Of a stretch of DNA of 64,000 nt, positions 52,012 through 61,820 are shown one piece after another. Numbering within the stretch: the first letter of the stretch is position 1; every line of letters begins with the position of its first letter. The translations under genes and the position numbers were made by a program. Source of the DNA: Alphaproteobacteria bacterium (lineage in GTDB: Bacteria; Pseudomonadota; Alphaproteobacteria; Bin95); assembly GCA_965205265.1 (NCBI GenBank), contig CBDBGH010000003.1, positions 864,001 to 928,000 of the forward strand, in the 5' to 3' direction. The notes under the pieces were generated by a model. It saw only the letters and a program-made list of their open reading frames with translations. It was not told the DNA's origin and made no database searches.

Positions 52012-52956
52012 GTGGACTCCCTGATCCAGTTCGCGCAGCAGGACCTGGGTAATCCGGGGCTGGCGGCTCTGCTGTCCAACCCCTCCTTTGCCTTTATCCA
52101 GCTCATGAATTCCTTCTCGCAGGCGATGAACCTGTTCATCATCGCCGCGGGCCTGTCGCTGATCTTCGGCGTCCTGCGCGTCATCAACTTTGCGCATGGC
52201 GCCTTCTACATGTTCGGCGCCTATATCGTTTATTCCGTGGCCCAGGAGTGGACCGGCAATTTCTGGCTGGGCGTTGCGGCTGCGGGCCTCGGACTTGCGG
52301 TCATGGCGGTCGTCATCGAGCGCGGGCTCTTCCAGTATATCTACGACAAGGAGCACCTGATGCAGCTGCTCCTGACCTTCGCCGTCGTGCTGATCCTCTC
52401 CGATGTCGCCAAGATAATCTGGGGGACGGACCAGTACAGCGTCTCCTATCCGCAGAGCATGAAGGGCGCAGTCGATCTCGGCGTCACCTTCTATCCGACC
52501 TACCGCCTGTTCCTGATCGTGGTCGGACCCGCCATCGCCATCGGGCTCTGGCTGTTCACCGAACGCACGCGCTTCGGGCGCCTGACGCGCGCGGCGACGC
52601 AGGACCGCGAAATGCTCTCCGCCCTCGGCGTCAATGTGCCGATCATCTACACCGGCGTCTTCATCCTGGGCTCGGTGCTGGCCGGCATCGGCGGCGGGCT
52701 CGCCGCGCCCTTCAATTCTCCGACGCCCGGCATGGACGCGACCATCATCGTGGACTGCTTCGTCATCGTCATCGTCGGCGGCCTCGGCTCGATCTGGGGC
52801 AGCTTCATCGGCGCGATCATCTACGGGCTCGTCTTCAACTACGGCTCGGTGATCGTGCCCAACTGGCAGGACGTGTTTCCGTTCCTGATCCTGCTGGCGG
52901 TGCTGCTCATCCGGCCGTGGGGCCTGTTCGGAAAGCCCGAGGGAGGCAACGCCTGA
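52012..52956 (+). CDS. LivH-type ABC permease
   Basis: GLSLIFG...INFAHG, GGLGS, RPWGLFG. Confidence 0.92.
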   Translation: MDSLIQFAQQDLGNPGLAALLSNPSFAFIQLMNSFSQAMNLFIIAAGLSLIFGVLRVINFAHGAFYMFGAYIVYSVAQEWTGNFWLGVAAAGLGLAVMAVVIERGLFQYIYDKEHLMQLLLTFAVVLILSDVAKIIWGTDQYSVSYPQSMKGAVDLGVTFYPTYRLFLIVVGPAIAIGLWLFTERTRFGRLTRAATQDREMLSALGVNVPIIYTGVFILGSVLAGIGGGLAAPFNSPTPGMDATIIVDCFVIVIVGGLGSIWGSFIGAIIYGLVFNYGSVIVPNWQDVFPFLILLAVLLIRPWGLFGKPEGGNA

Positions 52957-52957
52957 G

Positions 52958-53899
52958 ATGACCGGCCGCATGACCCGCCCGGTGCTGATCGCCTGCCTCA
53001 CGGTGCTCGTGCTGCTGGCGCTGGTGCCCCTGCTGGAATCGAACTATCTGATCGACCTCTTCAACGAGATCATGATCTACGCGCTGTTCGCGCTCAGCCT
53101 CAATGTCATCATCGGCTATTCCGGCAATGTCTCCTTCGGCCATGCCGCCTATTTCGCCATCGGCGGCTACACCATGGCGATCCTGCTCACCACCTATGAG
53201 TGGCCGCTGCTGCCGGCGTTCGTCGCCGCCGTCGCCTTTTCCTTCGCCTGCTCGGCCGTGGTCGCCTATTTCTGCACGCGGCTGACCGACATCTACTTCG
53301 CCATGCTGACGCTCGCCTTCTCAATGCTGGTATGGGGCGTCGCCTTCAAGTGGCGGTCGATGACCGGCGGCGACGACGGCTTCGTCGGCGTGGACGTGCC
53401 GGCCTTCATCGCCGAGCGCGTGCCGTTCTACTATTTCTCGCTGGTCGTGATCGCCATGGCCGTGGCGGTGCTCTGGGTCATCTGCCACTCCGCCTTCGGG
53501 CGCGCGCTGCTGGCGGTGCGCGAGAATCCGGTCCGCGCGGGCTTCGTCGGCATCAACACGCGGCTCATGCGCTGGTGGGCCTTCGTCGTGGCGGGCACCT
53601 TCGCCGGCATTGCGGGCGCGCTGTTCGCCATGGTGCATCGGGGCATGTACACGGAGTCTGCCTTCTGGCCCGAGAGCGCGACCGTGCTCATCATGACGCT
53701 GCTCGGCGGCATGTACTCCTTCTTCGGCCCGGCCATCGGGGCGGCGAGCCTCTTCCTGCTCGAACGGCTGACCAACGAATACACCGAATACTGGCCCCTG
53801 GTGCTGGGGACGATCCTGCTGGCGATCCTGATGTTCCTGCCGGAAGGGCTGGCGGGGCTGGCGCAGGCGGTCCGCCGCCAGATCCTCCGGGGGCGCTGA
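52958..53899 (+). CDS. LivM-type ABC permease
   Basis: SFGHAAYF, YFAMLTLAF, TGGDDG, VRENP. Confidence 0.92.
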   Translation: MTGRMTRPVLIACLTVLVLLALVPLLESNYLIDLFNEIMIYALFALSLNVIIGYSGNVSFGHAAYFAIGGYTMAILLTTYEWPLLPAFVAAVAFSFACSAVVAYFCTRLTDIYFAMLTLAFSMLVWGVAFKWRSMTGGDDGFVGVDVPAFIAERVPFYYFSLVVIAMAVAVLWVICHSAFGRALLAVRENPVRAGFVGINTRLMRWWAFVVAGTFAGIAGALFAMVHRGMYTESAFWPESATVLIMTLLGGMYSFFGPAIGAASLFLLERLTNEYTEYWPLVLGTILLAILMFLPEGLAGLAQAVRRQILRGR

Positions 53900-53903
53900 G
53901 GCC

Positions 53904-54659
53904 ATGCTGAAGATCGAGGGCCTCTTCAAACAGTTCGGCGGGTTCGTCGCCATCGACGACGTGTCCTTCGAGCTTCTGGAGGGCGAGAAGCACGCCATTA
54001 TCGGACCCAACGGCGCGGGCAAGACCACCTTCTTCAACCTGGTCACGGGCCATTTGCTGCCGGACCGGGGCAGCGTCGCCTTCCAGGGCGAGGACATCAC
54101 CGGCCGGCCGCCGCACCGCATCGTCAAGCTCGGCCTCGCGCGCTCCTTCCAGCGCATCAACATCTATCCGCGCATGTCGGTGTTCGAGAATGTCCAGGTC
54201 GCGCTGATCGCCCGCGAGCGCCAGGAGTTCCGCTTCTTCCGGCTCGCCGCCAGCCTTTGCGGGCCGGAGACGAACGAGCTGCTGGAACTGGTCGGGCTGG
54301 ACGAGGAGGCCGATGAGCTCGCCGGCGAACTCGCCTACGGCAAGCAGAAGCAGCTGGAGCTCGCCATTGCGCTTGCCGAAAACCCCCGCGTGCTGCTGCT
54401 CGACGAGCCGACCGCCGGCATGTCGCCGAGCGAGACCGAGGAGGCGATCCGGCTGATCCGCGAGATCGCCGACGCCAGGGGGCTCACGCTCCTGTTCACC
54501 GAGCACGACATGACGGTCGTGTTCGGCATCGCCGACCGGATCACCGTGCTCCACCACGGCGAGATCATCGCCTCGGGTGCGCCGGAGGCCGTGCGCAGCG
54601 ACCCGGTGGTGCGCCAGGTCTATCTCGGCGAGGAGGAGGGGGTGAATGGCGCAGCTTGA
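53904..54659 (+). CDS. LivG-type ABC ATPase
   Basis: GPNGAGKTT, LLDEPTAG, EHDM, YLG. Confidence 0.92.
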   Translation: MLKIEGLFKQFGGFVAIDDVSFELLEGEKHAIIGPNGAGKTTFFNLVTGHLLPDRGSVAFQGEDITGRPPHRIVKLGLARSFQRINIYPRMSVFENVQVALIARERQEFRFFRLAASLCGPETNELLELVGLDEEADELAGELAYGKQKQLELAIALAENPRVLLLDEPTAGMSPSETEEAIRLIREIADARGLTLLFTEHDMTVVFGIADRITVLHHGEIIASGAPEAVRSDPVVRQVYLGEEEGVNGAA

Positions 54660-55353
54660 AGCCAGGAACCTGCACACCTCTTACGGCCTGTCGCGGGTGC
54701 TGTTCGGTGTCTCCTTCGAGGTCGAGCAGGGTTCCTGCATCGCGCTGATCGGGCGCAACGGCGTCGGCAAGACCACCACCATGCGCTCGCTGATCGGGCT
54801 CACGCCGCCCTCCGAGGGCGAGGTGGTCTGGGAAGGGCGGCAGATCGCCGGGCTCGCCCCGCATGCCGTCGCCAAGCTCGGCATCGGCTTCGTGCCGGAG
54901 GACCGGCGCATCTTCCCGGAGCTCACGGTCTGGGAGAACCTGGACATCGCCCGGCGGCCGGCGGAGCCGGGGCGGCAGGCCTGGGGCGAGGACGAGGTGT
55001 TCGACCTCTTCCCCGACCTGAAAGACATCCAGTCGCGGGCCGGCGGCGTGCTCTCCGGCGGCCAGCAGCAGATGCTGACCATCGCGCGCTCGCTGATGGG
55101 CAATCCGCGCCTGCTGCTGCTCGACGAGCCTTCGGAGGGCCTTGCCCCGCGCGTCGTCGAAACGCTGCGCGAGCGCGTGCGCACGCTCAAGCAAAGCGGT
55201 CTTTCCATCGTGCTTGCGGAACAGAATCTCGGCTTCGTGCTGGCGCTTTCCGACATGTGCCATATCATGGAGAAAGGCGAGATCGTCTATTCCGGCACGC
55301 CGGACCATTTGCGGGAGAACCGCGATGTGCTCGACCGGTATCTGACGCTGTGA
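54646..55353 (+). CDS. LivF-type ABC ATPase
   Basis: GRNGVGKTT, LSGGQQQM, DEPSEGLAP. Confidence 0.92.
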   Translation: MAQLEARNLHTSYGLSRVLFGVSFEVEQGSCIALIGRNGVGKTTTMRSLIGLTPPSEGEVVWEGRQIAGLAPHAVAKLGIGFVPEDRRIFPELTVWENLDIARRPAEPGRQAWGEDEVFDLFPDLKDIQSRAGGVLSGGQQQMLTIARSLMGNPRLLLLDEPSEGLAPRVVETLRERVRTLKQSGLSIVLAEQNLGFVLALSDMCHIMEKGEIVYSGTPDHLRENRDVLDRYLTL

Positions 55354-56144
55354 GGGAAGCGGAGGTCTTTCGCGAGGAGGGCGTCGCCGTGCTGCGCGGC
55401 GTGCTCGACGCCGGGTGGCTCGACCGTCTGGCCGGGGCGGTGGCCGCCAACATGGCCGCGCCGGGCCCGTACGGGCGCGACCATGCCGAAGAAGGGCAGG
55501 GCAGCTATTTCGGCGACTATGTGAACTGGCGGCGCTTCCCGGCCTATCTGGAGGTCGGCCGCGAAGGGCCGCTCGGGCGCCTCGCCGGCGCGCTCACCGG
55601 GGCGGAACGGGTCCAGTTCTTCCACGAGCATGTGCTGGTGAAGGAGCCGGGCACCTCGCAGCCCACGCCCTGGCACCAGGACATGCCCTATTACTGCCTG
55701 TCCGGGGCGATGACGGTGAGCTTCTGGGTGCCGCTCGACCCGGTGCGTGCGGAGGTCTGCCCGCATTTCCTGGCCGGCAGCCACCGTTCGCGCACCGCCT
55801 GGCTGCCGCGCCGCTTCAAGACCATGGCGGCGCTGGAAGGCGACACCAGCGGTTACGAGCCCTTCCCCGATATCGACGAGGCGGCGCAGGCGGCGGACAT
55901 CCGCAGCTTCGACCTGGAGCCGGGCGATGCGGTGGCGTTCGACTTCCACACGCTGCACAACGCCCCGCCCAACCGCGCGGCGGTGCGGCGACGCGCCGTC
56001 AGCCTGCGCTATGTCGGCGAGGACGCCCGCTATCTCGAACGCCCCCACGCCGTCTCGCCGCCCTTCCCGGAGCTCGGCCTCCGCGCCAGCACCGGCGACC
56101 CCCTGCCGGAAGACTGGTTCCCCGTCGTCTGGGAGCGGGGCTGA
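55350..56144 (+). CDS. PhyH (phytanoyl-CoA dioxygenase) family protein
   Basis: KEPG...TPWHQD, GSH, PGD...F...TLH; GTG overlaps the livF stop. Confidence 0.9.
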   Translation: MREAEVFREEGVAVLRGVLDAGWLDRLAGAVAANMAAPGPYGRDHAEEGQGSYFGDYVNWRRFPAYLEVGREGPLGRLAGALTGAERVQFFHEHVLVKEPGTSQPTPWHQDMPYYCLSGAMTVSFWVPLDPVRAEVCPHFLAGSHRSRTAWLPRRFKTMAALEGDTSGYEPFPDIDEAAQAADIRSFDLEPGDAVAFDFHTLHNAPPNRAAVRRRAVSLRYVGEDARYLERPHAVSPPFPELGLRASTGDPLPEDWFPVVWERG

Positions 56145-56183
56145 GGAAAGTCCCCGTCCCCGCGGGACCTCGGGAGATTACCG

Positions 56184-57140
56184 ATGACCGGATTGATTTC
56201 GGAGGAGAGCAGGGGCGTTTTCGTCATCATGGCGACCCCGTTCGCCGATGACGGGGCGCTCGACCTCGCAAGCGCCGACCGGCTGGTCGAGTTCTACCTG
56301 GAGGAGGGCGTCCACGGCTTCACCTTGCTCGGCGTCATGGGCGAAGCGCCGAAGCTCTCGCTGGAGGAGCAGGCCGCGTTCACGGACCATGTCCTGAAAC
56401 GGATCGACGGGCGGGTCCCGGTCATCGTCGGGGTCAGCAATCCCGGCATGGATAATCTCGTCGCGCTGTCGAAGAGCGCGATGGACATGGGCGCGGGCGG
56501 CGTGATGGTCGCCGGCATGCCGGGGCTGAAGACGGACGAGCAGGTCGAGGGCTATTTCCGGGCGGTCGGCGAACGGCTCGGCGAAGACATACCGATCTGC
56601 CTCCAGGACTACCCGCCGACGACCACGGTGTTCCTGTCGGTTCCGGTCGTGAACCGGCTGATCGGCGCGCTCCCCCAGCTCGTGATGTTCAAGCATGAGG
56701 ACTGCCCCGGCCACCGCAAGCTGACCCGCCTCCGGGAAGCGCCGGAAACGGAGGGCGTGCGGCGGGTGAGCATCCTGACCGGCAATAACGGCCTCTATGT
56801 GCCGCAGGAGCTCGCGCGCGGCGCCGACGGCATCATGACCGGCTTCGCCTTTACCGGCATGCTGGTGGAGGTGTTCCACCTGTTCGAGAGCGGCAGGGCG
56901 GAAGAGGCGGAGGACCTGTTCGACCTCTATCTGCCGGTGTTGCGGCACGAGGCCCAATTCGGCTTCGGGCTGGCGCTCCGCAAGGAGGTGCTGCGCCGCC
57001 GGGGCACCATCGCCTCGGCCAGGGCCCGCGACCCGGGGCCCCGCATGGATGCCAGCGACCACGCGGAACTCGACGGCCTGCTCGACCGCCTCAGAGCCAA
57101 GCTCGCCGCCGCCGGCCGGCCGCTCCCGGCCGGCCTGTAG
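56184..57140 (+). CDS. DapA/NanA (dihydrodipicolinate synthase) family lyase
   Basis: TPF..DG, LGVMGE, QDYP, Schiff-base Lys in FKHED. Confidence 0.88.
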   Translation: MTGLISEESRGVFVIMATPFADDGALDLASADRLVEFYLEEGVHGFTLLGVMGEAPKLSLEEQAAFTDHVLKRIDGRVPVIVGVSNPGMDNLVALSKSAMDMGAGGVMVAGMPGLKTDEQVEGYFRAVGERLGEDIPICLQDYPPTTTVFLSVPVVNRLIGALPQLVMFKHEDCPGHRKLTRLREAPETEGVRRVSILTGNNGLYVPQELARGADGIMTGFAFTGMLVEVFHLFESGRAEEAEDLFDLYLPVLRHEAQFGFGLALRKEVLRRRGTIASARARDPGPRMDASDHAELDGLLDRLRAKLAAAGRPLPAGL

Positions 57141-57212
57141 CGCGCAAGTATCGGCCAAGGGGGTCCGAATCCGGGTGGACGGGCGGCGGCCGGGGCGGTA
57201 GGCCCGGTTTCC

Positions 57213-57914
57213 ATGACCGATGCCATCGACAGGCTGGACTGGCCGGCGCTCGGGGCCGCCTTGCTGGAGCGGGGCCATGCGCGGGCGGAGGGCGTGTTGG
57301 CCCCGGAGGCATGCGCTGCGTTCCGGGCCTTCTGGGAGCGGGACGAGCTGTTCCGGCGGCGCATCGTCATGGCGCGGCATGGCTACGGGGAAGGCGCCTA
57401 CGCCTATTTCGCCGACCCGTTGCCGGACGGGATCCGGGCGCTGCGGGAGGGGCTCTACCGGCATCTCGCGCCGGTCGCCGGCGAAGCTATGGCCCGGCTC
57501 GGCAGGGAGGCGCGCTATCCGCCGGACCATGCCGCCTACCGGGCCGAGTGCCATGCGGCAGGGCAGGCAAAGCCGACGCCTCTGCTGCTGCGCTACGGGG
57601 AGGGCGGCTACAACCGCCTGCACCGCGACCTTTACGGAGCGCTCGCCTTTCCGTTCCAGGCGACCTTCCTGCTCTCGCAACCCGGCACCGACTTCACCGG
57701 CGGCGAGTTCCTGCTGGTCGAGAACCGGATGCGGATGCAGGCCATGGGCGAGGCGGTGCCGCTGGAGCGGGGCGATATGGTCGTCTTTCCGGTGCGCGAC
57801 CGGCCGGCGGCGGGCAGGCGCGGCTACGTCCGGGCGGACATGCGCCACGGCGTCTCCCGTGTCCGCTCGGGCGAACGCTTCACGCTCGGCATCATCTTCC
57901 ACGACGCCGCATAG
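57213..57914 (+). CDS. 2OG-Fe(II) oxygenase (DUF2086-like)
   Basis: PTPLLL.Y, LHRDLYG, FTGGEF, RHGVS, GIIFHDA. Confidence 0.88.
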   Translation: MTDAIDRLDWPALGAALLERGHARAEGVLAPEACAAFRAFWERDELFRRRIVMARHGYGEGAYAYFADPLPDGIRALREGLYRHLAPVAGEAMARLGREARYPPDHAAYRAECHAAGQAKPTPLLLRYGEGGYNRLHRDLYGALAFPFQATFLLSQPGTDFTGGEFLLVENRMRMQAMGEAVPLERGDMVVFPVRDRPAAGRRGYVRADMRHGVSRVRSGERFTLGIIFHDAA

Positions 57915-58021
57915 CCTCGGCCGCCTTCCGCGCGGCGGGTTGGAGTCGTAGATTGGGATTGCAATTTGTTCACAATATCAGAAAAATTACTTATTATCTC
58001 TTGAATTCAGGGAAACATCAA

Positions 58022-59079
58022 CTAGAGCGGAATCCGATCATGTTGCGGAGTATCCTGCGGCGTTGAAGTAGTTTTTGCATTCTTGCGGTGAGAAGGTCTG
58101 GGAGATTTGTCCGATGGTGTTCCAGAGGCCGTCGACAGTTCTCTCGGCAGCTTTTCGTAGCCTTGCCTTGAGCTTTGCGAAGGCGAGTTCGATGGGATTG
58201 AAGTCAGGGCTGTAGGGCGGCAGGAAGAGGAGTTGCGCGCCGGCGTCCTCGATCATCTTGCAAACCCTGGGTCCCTTGTGGCTTGAGAGGTTGTCCATGA
58301 CGACGATATCGCCGGGCCTCAGTTCGGGGACGAGGACCACTTTGACGTAGGCCTCGAAGGCATCGCGGTCGATGGCGCCGGAGAGCACGAAGGGGGCAAT
58401 CATGCCGCGCGGCGTGAGCCCGGCGACGAAGGTGGTTGTGTTCCAGTGTCCGTGAGGGACGGCCATGCGCAGACGTTTGCCGCGCGGGGCCCAGCCGTGG
58501 GTGCGGGCCATGTTGGTCTTGGCCCCTGTCTCATCGATGAACACCAGCCGGTCGGGGTCGAGGCCGGGCTGGCTGTCGCGCCAGGTGCGCCGTCGGCTCA
58601 GCACGTCCGGGCGATCCTGCTCCGCCGCCTGGCCGGTCTTTTTTTGCGCGTGATGGCGTGGCGCACGAGGAAGCGCTGTATCGCCCCGTAGCTGAAGGCG
58701 AGGCCCCGGTCCCCGAGAGCCGCGCGCAACTCCTCGATGGTCATGTCCCGCTTCTCCTCAAGAAGACCCAGGATCACATCGCGCTGCGCTTCGATCCGCC
58801 CCGAGCGACGGTCCCCGCCAAGCGCCTTCGGGCGCGCGTCTCCCTGTTCGCGCGCCAGCGCACGCCAGCGGCTCACGCTCGCCGCACTCACCCCAAAACG
58901 CGCACCAGCCGCTCTATGGCTCATGCCCGCACATACCGCCGACAGAACCCGATTGCGAAGATCAAGGGAAAGCGCTTTCGACATCTCAGCCGGCCTCCTC
59001 ATCCCGGCCGACATCTTGAATCACAAATCCTCCGCCCCGTGAATCCCCCTCGATTCAATCAGGTCAGATCATGCTCTAG
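58022..59079 (-). mobile_element. IS630-family element 1 (split transposase 58984->58038, -1 frameshift at A7G near 58639-58645)
   Basis: OrfA HTH (MSKALSLDLR), Orf[18 protein letters not shown]; CTAGAGC terminal IRs. Confidence 0.93.
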
Positions 59080-60259
59080 TATCCTGATCGAGAAGTTTAT
59101 TAGAATAAGATTATCGGTTTTGATGGAGGGCTGACCGGTGGGGAGAGCAGCGGTCGCGATTACTTTGTCGGCAGCAGAACGACGAGAGTTGGAGGGTTTG
59201 GCGCGGCGTCGGAAGACGGCGCAGGGACTGGCGCGTCGGGCTCGGATTGTCCTGGCTGCTGCTGAGGGTCTGGAGAACAAGGCGATAGTTGCGCGCTTGG
59301 GAGCGGATGCGAATACGGTCGGCAAATGGCGGCGGCGTTTTGCCGAGCGCGGGCTTGACGGGCTCTATGACGAGCCGCGCCCGGGCGCTCCGCGCAAGAT
59401 CGGTGACGAGGAGGTTGCGGAGGTCATTGCCCGCACCCTGGAAGAAACACCCCCCGACGGCACGCATTGGAGCCTGCGCTCGATGGCGCGCGCTGCAGGC
59501 TATGCGCCCTCGACGATCCATCGCATCTGGCAGGCTTTCGGCCTGCAGCCGCATCGCTCGGAGACGTTCAAGCTGTCGTCGGACCCACTGTTTGTGGAGA
59601 AGGTGCGGGACATTGTCGGCCTCTATCTCGACCCGCCCGAGCGCGCGCTGGTGCTCTGCGTCGATGAGAAGAGCCAGATCCAAGCTCTGGACCGCTCCCG
59701 CCCGCTGCTTCCCATGCGGCCGGGTCAGGTCGAGCGGCGTACTCATGACTACACGCGCCATGGCACCACCACGCTGTTCGCGGCGCTGGACATCGCCACC
59801 GGCCGGGTCATCGGCCAGTGCTTGCCGCGCCACCGCAGCCGGGAGTTCCTCAAGTTCCTGCGCACGCTCGAAGCCCAGGTCCCCGGCGAACTCGACGTCC
59901 ATCTGGTGATGGACAACTACGCAACCCACAAGACGCCCGCCGTCCGGCGTTGGCTGGCCCGGCATCCCCGCTGGCATGTCCACTTCACGCCCACCGGCGC
60001 CTCCTGGCTCAACCAGGTCGAGCGCTTCTTCGCACTCTTGACCGAGAAACAGCTCAGGCGCGGGGTTCATCGCTCGCCCCAGGAACTCGAGCAGGCCATC
60101 CGGAACTACATCGACACCGTCAACGCCGACCCGCGACCCTTCCGCTGGACCAAATCCGCCGACGACATCCTTGCCACCATCAAGCGCTTCTGTCTGCGGA
60201 CGCTGGAAACTGCCGAACGCCAGATGAAAATCATCAAAACTTCAGAATCAGGACACTAG
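59076..60259 (+). mobile_element. IS630-family element 2 (single-ORF transposase)
   Basis: IRs TAGTATCCTGATCGAGAAGTT / AACTTCAGAATCAGGACACTA. Confidence 0.93.
59138..60259 (+). CDS. IS630 transposase
   Basis: CVDEK, MDNY, SWLNQVE DDE triad; the stop codon is supplied by the terminal CTAG. Confidence 0.95.
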   Translation: MGRAAVAITLSAAERRELEGLARRRKTAQGLARRARIVLAAAEGLENKAIVARLGADANTVGKWRRRFAERGLDGLYDEPRPGAPRKIGDEEVAEVIARTLEETPPDGTHWSLRSMARAAGYAPSTIHRIWQAFGLQPHRSETFKLSSDPLFVEKVRDIVGLYLDPPERALVLCVDEKSQIQALDRSRPLLPMRPGQVERRTHDYTRHGTTTLFAALDIATGRVIGQCLPRHRSREFLKFLRTLEAQVPGELDVHLVMDNYATHKTPAVRRWLARHPRWHVHFTPTGASWLNQVERFFALLTEKQLRRGVHRSPQELEQAIRNYIDTVNADPRPFRWTKSADDILATIKRFCLRTLETAERQMKIIKTSESGH

Positions 60260-61313
60260 AGCAGATTCGTTTCATTTGGGTTCATATCCGCATGCAGTGA
60301 AGAAGCTTCGGGCGTCCTGTGGAGTGACAGCATCGATGGCGTCGCGGATCGCATCCCAGAGCGTATGGACGGAGCGTGCTGCGGCCTTTTTCAGGAGAGC
60401 CTTGATTTTGGAGAAGGCCATCTCGATGGGGTTGAAGTCGGGGCTGTAGGGCGGCAGGAACAGGATGCCGGCGCCTGTGGCCTCGATAGCTTCTCGGATG
60501 GCGATGGGCTTGTGGGCCGGCAGATTGTCGAGGATGACGGTGTCGCCTGGCCTCAGGGTCGGGGCCAGGACCTGTTCGACATAGGCAAGGAAGGCTGCCC
60601 CGGTCATCGCCCCATCGATGGTCATGGGGGCGAGGATGCCGTCGAGCGTGAGGCCGGCGACCAAAGTGGTGGTCTTCCAGTGACCATGGGGGACGGGAGC
60701 GCGGCAACGCTCGCCCCTGGGAGCCCGGCCATACATGCGGGCCATCTTGGTCGAGGTCCCGCTTTCGTCGATGAAGATCAGGCGCTCGGGGTCGAGCCCG
60801 GGCTGGTCTTCGAACCAGGCCTGACGCCGGCGTGCGACGTCCGGTCGGTCCTGCTCGGCAGCGTGGGCCGTCTTTTTTTGCGCGTGATGCCGCGACGCTT
60901 GAAGAACCCATGCACCACGCTGGGCGGCGGCCGGTAGCCGACCGCCTCCTCAAGCCTGGCCGCGATCTCCTGGAGGGTCAGGTCGGGCTCCACCTCAACC
61001 CACCCCATGATCAGATCGCCGTGACCCTCAATGCGCCCTGGACGGCTACCGCCGCGTGGCTTCGGCGAGAGGTCGCCTGTCAGGCGCGATTGGCTCACCC
61101 AGCGGATCGCAGACGACACCCCGACGCCAAAACGCGCCGCAGCCTGCCGACGCGACATCCCGGACTCAACCGCTGCAACCACGCGCCGACGAAGATCAAC
61201 AGAAAGAGACTGCGCCATGCGAGCTGGCCTCCTTCACCAGCCCCCATCGTGAATCACATAATCCGCCAATTGGGAATCCCTCAACGATTCAATCGCCCGC
61301 GAATTCGCTCTAG
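60256..61313 (-). mobile_element. IS630-family element 3 (split transposase 61218->60272, -1 frameshift at A7G 60873-60879)
   Basis: OrfA MAQSLSVDLR; -1 frame [14 protein letters not shown]...FIDES...LDN...[10 protein letters not shown]; IRs CTAGAGCAGATTCG / CGAATTCGCTCTAG. Confidence 0.93.
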
Positions 61314-61820
61314 ATTGAAGGGGCGGAGGCGTCATCCGGAGCCGCCTGCCCTTTCGCTCTGGCGCCGGCGCGGAAAAAGCCCTGAGAAGCGGACGGGGCA
61401 AGTGCGTCCTGCGTCCTGCGTCCGGCTCGCGCGCGCGGGCGCACCCGGGCAATCAGGCGCGCGATTCGCGCCGCCGCGAAACGCGCGCCCACGAGCGCGG
61501 GCGCAGGCGCGCAGGATACGCGCGAATAAGGGTCCGCTGCTCGGGGAGACCGGCGGCGGAAAGAACGGAACGAAGAAGGATCGGAAGGAAGAACCCATGC
61601 CGAAGACGCAGAGGCGGGAAACCGGGATGGAATATCCGGAGCGCCTTCCGGGAGCGATGCTTCCATGCCGGAAGCGACGGCAGGATATGCGCCGCTCGCA
61701 TGCGGACCATGACATTCCATGACACCTCGTCGGGGGGCTGCGCATCCGTTGCAGGCGAGAGTGCGTTTCCCCGCGCAGGGGAAGGCGCTTAGACTGGTGA
61801 AAGACAGGAGGGTTCGATCG

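Noticed and set aside
61597-61722. 41-aa ORF MPKTQRRETG...
   Set aside because: No motif or convincing coding signature; treated as part of the unexplained intergenic region.
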